DNA from: Catajapyx aquilonaris
Taxonomy: Eukaryota
Length of the DNA stretch: 42,383 nt
Assembly: GCA_000934665.2 (NCBI GenBank)
Contig: JYFJ02000159.1
Location: forward strand, 124,001-166,383
Reading direction: 5' to 3'
Shown here: in pieces, positions 37,160-42,383 of the stretch
Layout: each line of letters begins with the position of its first letter
How positions within the stretch are numbered: position 1 is the stretch's first letter
Program-made: the position numbers and the translations under genes
The notes under the pieces: model-generated
Told to the model about the DNA's origin: nothing
Database searches by the model: none
The model's input: only the letters and a program-made list of their open reading frames with translations

Positions 37160-40100
37160 TCATATTCTGTCATAAGTCACTTGAGTTTTGCATCCGTTAA
37201 TGACAAAATTTACTCCGTCCTGTAAAAAAAAGTACGTTATGAATGAACTCTCTTATATTCCCAATAAGATCAATGTTGAAGAACAATGCTCACCGTAATA
37301 AGAGCTGGTAAGTCCACCCAGAAATCGTAGTTTGGAATCATTTCTTTTCCTTCTGCTCCTCTTACAACTTTCATTATGACCATTCCACCTCCAAAATACA
37401 CCACAAGTGTCACAAAGAAGATTATGCACAACACAGACCCAGTTGAGAGGCCTCCTGATTCATGAGCTGGTGGCGGTGATGATGTTGTTGTTGTTCCATC
37501 GGGTGCTGTAGGCACACATACAAGCGAGGTATGCAGTATAATGGTCTGCAGAAAAAAAGTCAATTGTCACTTTCTTGAAATTGACCTCGCAAAAGCTCAT
37601 TGCATAAAATGTCATGTAGCCACTGTCACTGTGAAATGTAGCTGCCTCTGTGCCGTTCATTTTTATTCCTTCAGCTTTCAATATGAATGTTTCATGTGAA
37701 TGTCGAATAATGAACTATAGCAGGTATTAAAGAATTAATCTTAATCCTAGTTCAACCACAGGGTGTTTTAATATCACGAGCATAGGATACCATTCTGAAT
37801 AGAAAATCCTATGGCATTTTTTTGCATAAATTACAGCTGAGATAGTACAGCCCTGCATGAGTTTGGGCAAGAAGTTCCAAATTGTGACTTTGGTATTTTA
37901 TCATGAAATATCTCTTCTCCCCACTCTTTCACATTTAACCCTTCCGTTACCGCCATAATGAATTTTGACGTGAATAGGTCTTTAAAATCGGGTCCGTATA
38001 GAGGGGGGGGCATGCAGGCAAACTCGAGCGTTACAGAAAAGCGTTACAGGCTATTATATCCGAGTCTACTATATCCTAAGTGGCGTGTGAGTGTTATAGT
38101 CAGGACCCTGCCAGGGGGCCCTGCCGTGGGGCCCATGGCAGGGGCATGCAGGGAAATTCTTAGGAGGGTCACCATGAGTGTCCAGACTTTAGGGTCACCA
38201 TGCATGTGTCCAGACTTCAATACTGATAATAAGCAATCAATTCACTCCCCCCAATACTGATCCGATTTTAAAGACGTATTCACGTCAAAAGCTGCGGCTT
38301 GTGTTCCAGACACAACCTAATGTTTCTTTTGGCATTTTATGAATTCCCTGGACACTATTTCCAAAAAACAAAAGTTTTTTCGTGGGTGGGGTTTAATTAT
38401 ATTTACAACCCTGGCCTTGTCATTGGCCACATGTCGATAAGCCAGATGTCTTTTTTTCCTCATAGCCAGCTTCACCAAAGCCAACCTTTGACCCAGTGCT
38501 AGCTGTTGACAAGTGGCCATAGGGCGACATCTATTGCATATTATCATGACTTCCTCCAATGAATCATCTGTAACGCACCAAATTCAGAGTCCAGAAATGT
38601 TACATCCGTGTTTCATAGTCGTTCATTATCGGCCCAATGAGTGTCAAAAAATTCATAGCCATTAATTACAATTTAGGAAGTAAATAGCGAAATTTAGAAA
38701 TTATGCCATTAACTTAACCTGTTGAGGGCGACGCGCCTCATGAGGATCTGCTGATGTTTGAATTTGGCGCGCTAAAATGTGCCCAGAGAATTCGAACTTT
38801 GCGGTTCCAAATTCAGTTCAATATACTCCTGCCATCTCTCGGATGGTGATTAAACTTCCATGACCCTCCCACAATCCACTGGGCAGGAGCAAAGCTGAGT
38901 CAAACATGCCAAGACCACACGGTTGCAGAGTCATCTTTCATGTAAAAAAAACGCCCTGAGTACAGGGTGTTCGTGAAGTCTGGACCCTTGGGAGTTTCTC
39001 ATAGTGTTGTGGTAATATTATGCAACCATAATAAAAGTGTATAATTATGTAAACTTGTCAGGCTTATCGACACTATGCAAGGGAAACGATTCTTAAAAAA
39101 TTATTTCTGGAACACACTGCAGATGAATTTTTTCCAGCATTTCACATTAAAAAGGCTCACCATGAATTAAAATGGTTAATTTTGGCATTAAGTTAATATC
39201 ACTCCTGCATTAAATTCTGGACAAAAAAAAAGAAAACAGCCCAAAACCTGCCAAAAACTCCCCCGTCAACAGGTTAATTGCTGTTACCTATATCAATGAT
39301 GGATGTCATGTCATTGGGCTTTTGCTAATTACGTACTTTGTAATGCCTTGTTTTCACCATAGTGCAGCTAAATGATGCCAATAATTATTAACTTCAACTC
39401 CAAAACATTTTTATGGGTAATTTTAGCATATTGGAAGGCAAAATAAGGCAACACTGAATAGAATCTGACATGAATGCAGGCAAGTGTAATCCGACCCTCA
39501 ACCTCTTTGTTTTACCGTCTTATCGGACATTCAAAATGTCACACTTGTGCAACGTATAGAAGGGGACCTGAGCCATGCACACAAATAGTTTTTCACTCCA
39601 TGTGTAAGCATTATTACACAGGAGAGTTAGATATTGGAGAAAAATTCAAATTATTTTTGCACGTTTCCACATCAACATTTCGTAACTACAGAAGTGACTT
39701 AAAAACATCAAATACATCTCATATGATACCAATGCCAACGAAATCTCACTCATTAACATCGTGACCTTGACACTCAAGATACAGCGATTTTGATTTTCGA
39801 GAGAGCGGCAACGGACAGGTTAAATTGTTGATTATAAAAATGAGACTTGCCAGTCTGATGACCATTGTAATGCACTAGACTGACTACAGCAATGCTTTTC
39901 AACTTTTTTGTTTTCATGGAACCCTTTTTATTCCACAAAACTTCACCAAAACCACAGGAAAATAATAAACTTGTGCTACGAATTTCACTTGATTTGTTAT
40001 TCACAATTCACTTGGGTTAGAGTTCAGTTAGCAGTTACTTCTTTTTAAGGCCTTTCTCACCTGAGAATAACTCAGTGTCCTACAAAATTTTTTGCATATT

Positions 40101-41959
40101 GGAATATTTATCAGACTAACACGTGATCCACCATTATTCCAAATACTGCAGGGCAATTCCAACGTAACTGACGCAACCCATGGGCAGGATTCACACTGCC
40201 TTTATATTTATTGCAATGGCAAATGCGAATGGAAAGAGAATGTAAAATTATTCCCATGTGGCTGCCTCCTGGTAGCTTCTTGCCATATTTTTATAATTTC
40301 GCAACAGTAACTTGAATGGACTCTGTAAAATATTAATGTAATGTAACTGACACAACACGAATAGGACAAGCTCTTTCGCGGGGGGTGCTGTAATGACGTG
40401 AAACTCTGTGAGCTGAATGTGTTTAGAAATGATGTTACAACTGATATGCAATCTACTCCTCAGGAGCAATTTTGTGCTTACTTTAGATCATGCCTGTTCA
40501 TATTCATATTTTCAGGAAAAATTAGGATCAACGTAACTGACTCAACAAACCTTACGAAGTTGTGTCAGTTGCAACTATTATATCTCGACTATTCCATGGC
40601 TCTTCTGCTATCTGGTAGCAGAATGTTGCTACACCTTCTTCATCTGACAAAATGGCCGCTTTCAATAAGTCATAGCCATCTCACAATGCGCGACTCAATT
40701 TTTGGATAGCGACTCTTCCGGCGTGGAATTACCCTGCAATTTTGTGAATGCTTCAGACAAGCCTGCATAACTCCAGGGGACTGTAGAGCATTGGTTGAAG
40801 ACCAAGGCACTAGAGTATGTCATCCCCTTTACCCTATTCTTAATAATGCCTCATTAATAATAACTCAGGAAAGAAATAGTGTACGTACATTATTATCTTT
40901 TGCAGTAAGTTTCCCATCAGGATCTGCCTTACTTGGACACATAAGATTCACTGTGGCAGTTCTGAAATAAATGCTTCATGTTAAAACTGTGGAAGTACTT
41001 CAACTGCGAATGAATAACAGCCAAGTTGTCGGCCACTGACGGGAGGATACGAACATGAATGGGCACCTGGTACGTGCGAGGCACTCATTGAATAATTTGG
41101 TTGATCTTGAATTTTCCATCACAAAATTGCATTGGTCTGTGCAGTCTTTCCAACTTCAATAATTCAATCACATAATTCTATTGACAAAGGTAGCAAAAGT
41201 AGACCATAAAATCATTGCATCTTCTCATATTTCTGCCTTGAGGAGGGAGCAACAGTCACAGTGAAGGGCACTGGTATTGTGATAACAGCTGGCCTTCATG
41301 CCTGCCTCCTCCCAAGGTAGAAACAGGCAGACCAAACATGCTGCTGTGTGCAATTATCAAGGTCATACTTTGGTTGAATTGTAATGCATTATCAGCAGCA
41401 GTGAAGTCCATTATCCCGAACCAATAACATGAAAATAGTGCGCACAAGTGCTTCAGTTCACAGATTCATGGTTGTTAATGCATAGAATAGGCTAGCCATA
41501 TAGGCTAGGTATGCAATATGGCATAAAGGTGTGTTTACATGTGAGCGATTTGATCACGCAATGTCATCGCTGACGCTGAGCGATGAATCCAATTGTTTGA
41601 GGTGAAAATAACAATCGATTTTCAGCTCAAACAATACTGGTTACTTTGGTTATGCAGAAATGTTACCTGCTGGCGATGACATCGCGCGATCAAATAGCTC
41701 ACATGTAAATGCACCTTAATGGTTAGAATGGACATTATAAGTAAAATTAGGCTACAAAAGTTGGATGTTTAAAAACCAAGACAACATGTTCTATAACAGT
41801 TATGTACCATCTTCCTTCCCTAAATCAATCTGAACTTGACACTTACTCCTTAGCATTGCGGTATTTGATATAATATGGTCCACTTCCTTCTTTGCCGAAG
41901 GCAGCTGACTCTTGGTTCCCCAAATTTGTGTCTTTACCCTTATTGTCTCTTCTACACAC
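37160..41959 (-). CDS. CD-MPR (M6PR)/ATG27-like type I membrane protein, copy B (3' four exons; 5' exons beyond the window)
   Basis: Minus exons 41959-41847 (VCRRDNKGKDTNLGNQESAAF...IKY), 40961-40889 (TATVNLMC), 37545-37294 (TIILHTSLVC...GGLSTGSVLCIIFF..TM..RGAEGKEMIPNYDFWVDLPALIT), 37219-37160 (DGVNF...TYDRI*). Phases are consistent and introns GT-AG. AATAAA on the minus strand at 37047-37042. Confidence 0.88.
38165..38217. repeat. Short imperfect tandem duplication (25/27 bp) within TE debris
   Basis: agggtcaccatgagtgtccagactt (38165-38189) and agggtcaccatgcatgtgtccagactt (38191-38217). An inverted copy of gtccagactt lies at 38976-38985. Confidence 0.75.
38718..39273. mobile_element. piggyBac-like non-autonomous element (TTAA target), 556 bp
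   Basis: TTAA (38714-38717) + CCTGTTGAGGG ... CCGTCAACAGG + TTAA (39274-39277). TIR is 8 bp perfect and 10 of 11 extended. Contains a TACAGGGTGTT Tc1/mariner-like end at 38961. Confidence 0.7.
40590..40740 (-). mobile_element. Decayed pogo/Tigger transposase fragment (CENP-B-type HTH)
   Basis: The minus strand reads PRRKSRYPKIESRIVRWL*LIESGHFVR*, resembling the R..K.P.LE..L..W....R..G..V start of the CENP-B HTH. Contains in-frame stops. Confidence 0.4.
41527..41716. mobile_element. Palindromic MITE, PIF/Harbinger (Tourist)-like, 190 bp
   Basis: About 45-bp imperfect TIRs (aggtgtgtttacatgtgagcgatttgatcacgcaatgtcatcgc versus the reverse complement of gcgatgacatcgcgcgatcaaatagctcacatgtaaatgcacct). 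TAA flanks both sides (41524-41526, 41717-41719). Internal inverted repeat attgtttgaggtgaaaat / attttcagctcaaacaat. Confidence 0.85.
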
Positions 41960-42213
41960 CTGCAAACAAAGCACAATTACGCAACATTATAAAAATCTAT
42001 TAGTGATAATAAATCTACTTCTCACACATGTCATAAAGCATAAACAATACAAAGATGGTGAGTAGGGACTAAAAGTCAACCTGGTGTCTTATAGATCCAC
42101 ACGTTTTCTGTCATTTGCATGAGACAGTTTCATAATTGTACAAAATGAGGGTGAATCAAGGCTGTGAGTGGCTTCATGTGTAATATGCCTGCATGGAATA
42201 CATACAGTACGTA

Positions 42214-42383
42214 CAGTGCTGGACATATTAGCCGTCGCTGAATGTTTTTTTCCGGCGGCTGCGGCGGCGGTGTTACCTGGCAACCCTGTCCGGCGGGCCA
42301 ATTCAAACATCAGCCCATGGAGAGCGCTTCCATTGTTGCCACTGTTTACAAATCGAGTGAGTGACGCGGACGACCCAGCGACG
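42214..42383. mobile_element. Possible left end of another hAT-like element, truncated by the window
   Basis: Begins CAGTGCTGGA, like the unit at 32335, with an abrupt switch to CpG-rich GCGGCGGC sequence inside a CpG-poor intron. The other end is not visible. Confidence 0.3.

Noticed and set aside
1..42383. CRISPR arrays, operons, rRNA or other prokaryotic systems
   Set aside because: All genes are spliceosomal-intron-containing eukaryotic genes. No regularly spaced repeat-spacer array or rRNA-like sequence was seen.

Overview
Compact, intron-rich animal genomic DNA, not prokaryotic. An arthropod-like invertebrate is my inference from the many 53-70 nt GT-AG introns, TCAGT initiator motifs and mosaic CpG depletion. 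Gene models were spliced by hand. From left to right: (1) the 5' end of ATG9 on the minus strand; (2) a head-to-tail array of four intact SLC23/NAT (nucleobase-ascorbate transporter) paralogs on the plus strand, about 2.5-23.1 kb; (3) a 7-exon type I PHGDH with ASB and ACT domains; (4) two tandem minus-strand genes for single-pass CD-MPR/ATG27-like receptors, the second truncated by the window end. hAT, piggyBac-like and PIF/Harbinger-like MITEs and decayed LINE and pogo fragments lie in between. The most striking observation is SLC23 copy 2. Its reading frame and exon structure are intact, including a GC-AG intron, but most conserved substrate/ion-pocket residues are replaced (QH>QM, QGGSF>QDGNT, ESxGD>ESIGN, SYxEN>SACIS). 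Its three neighbours keep nucleobase-type E-N signatures. It is a candidate neofunctionalised transporter or non-transporting partner. No database searches were run; family assignments rest on recalled motifs.
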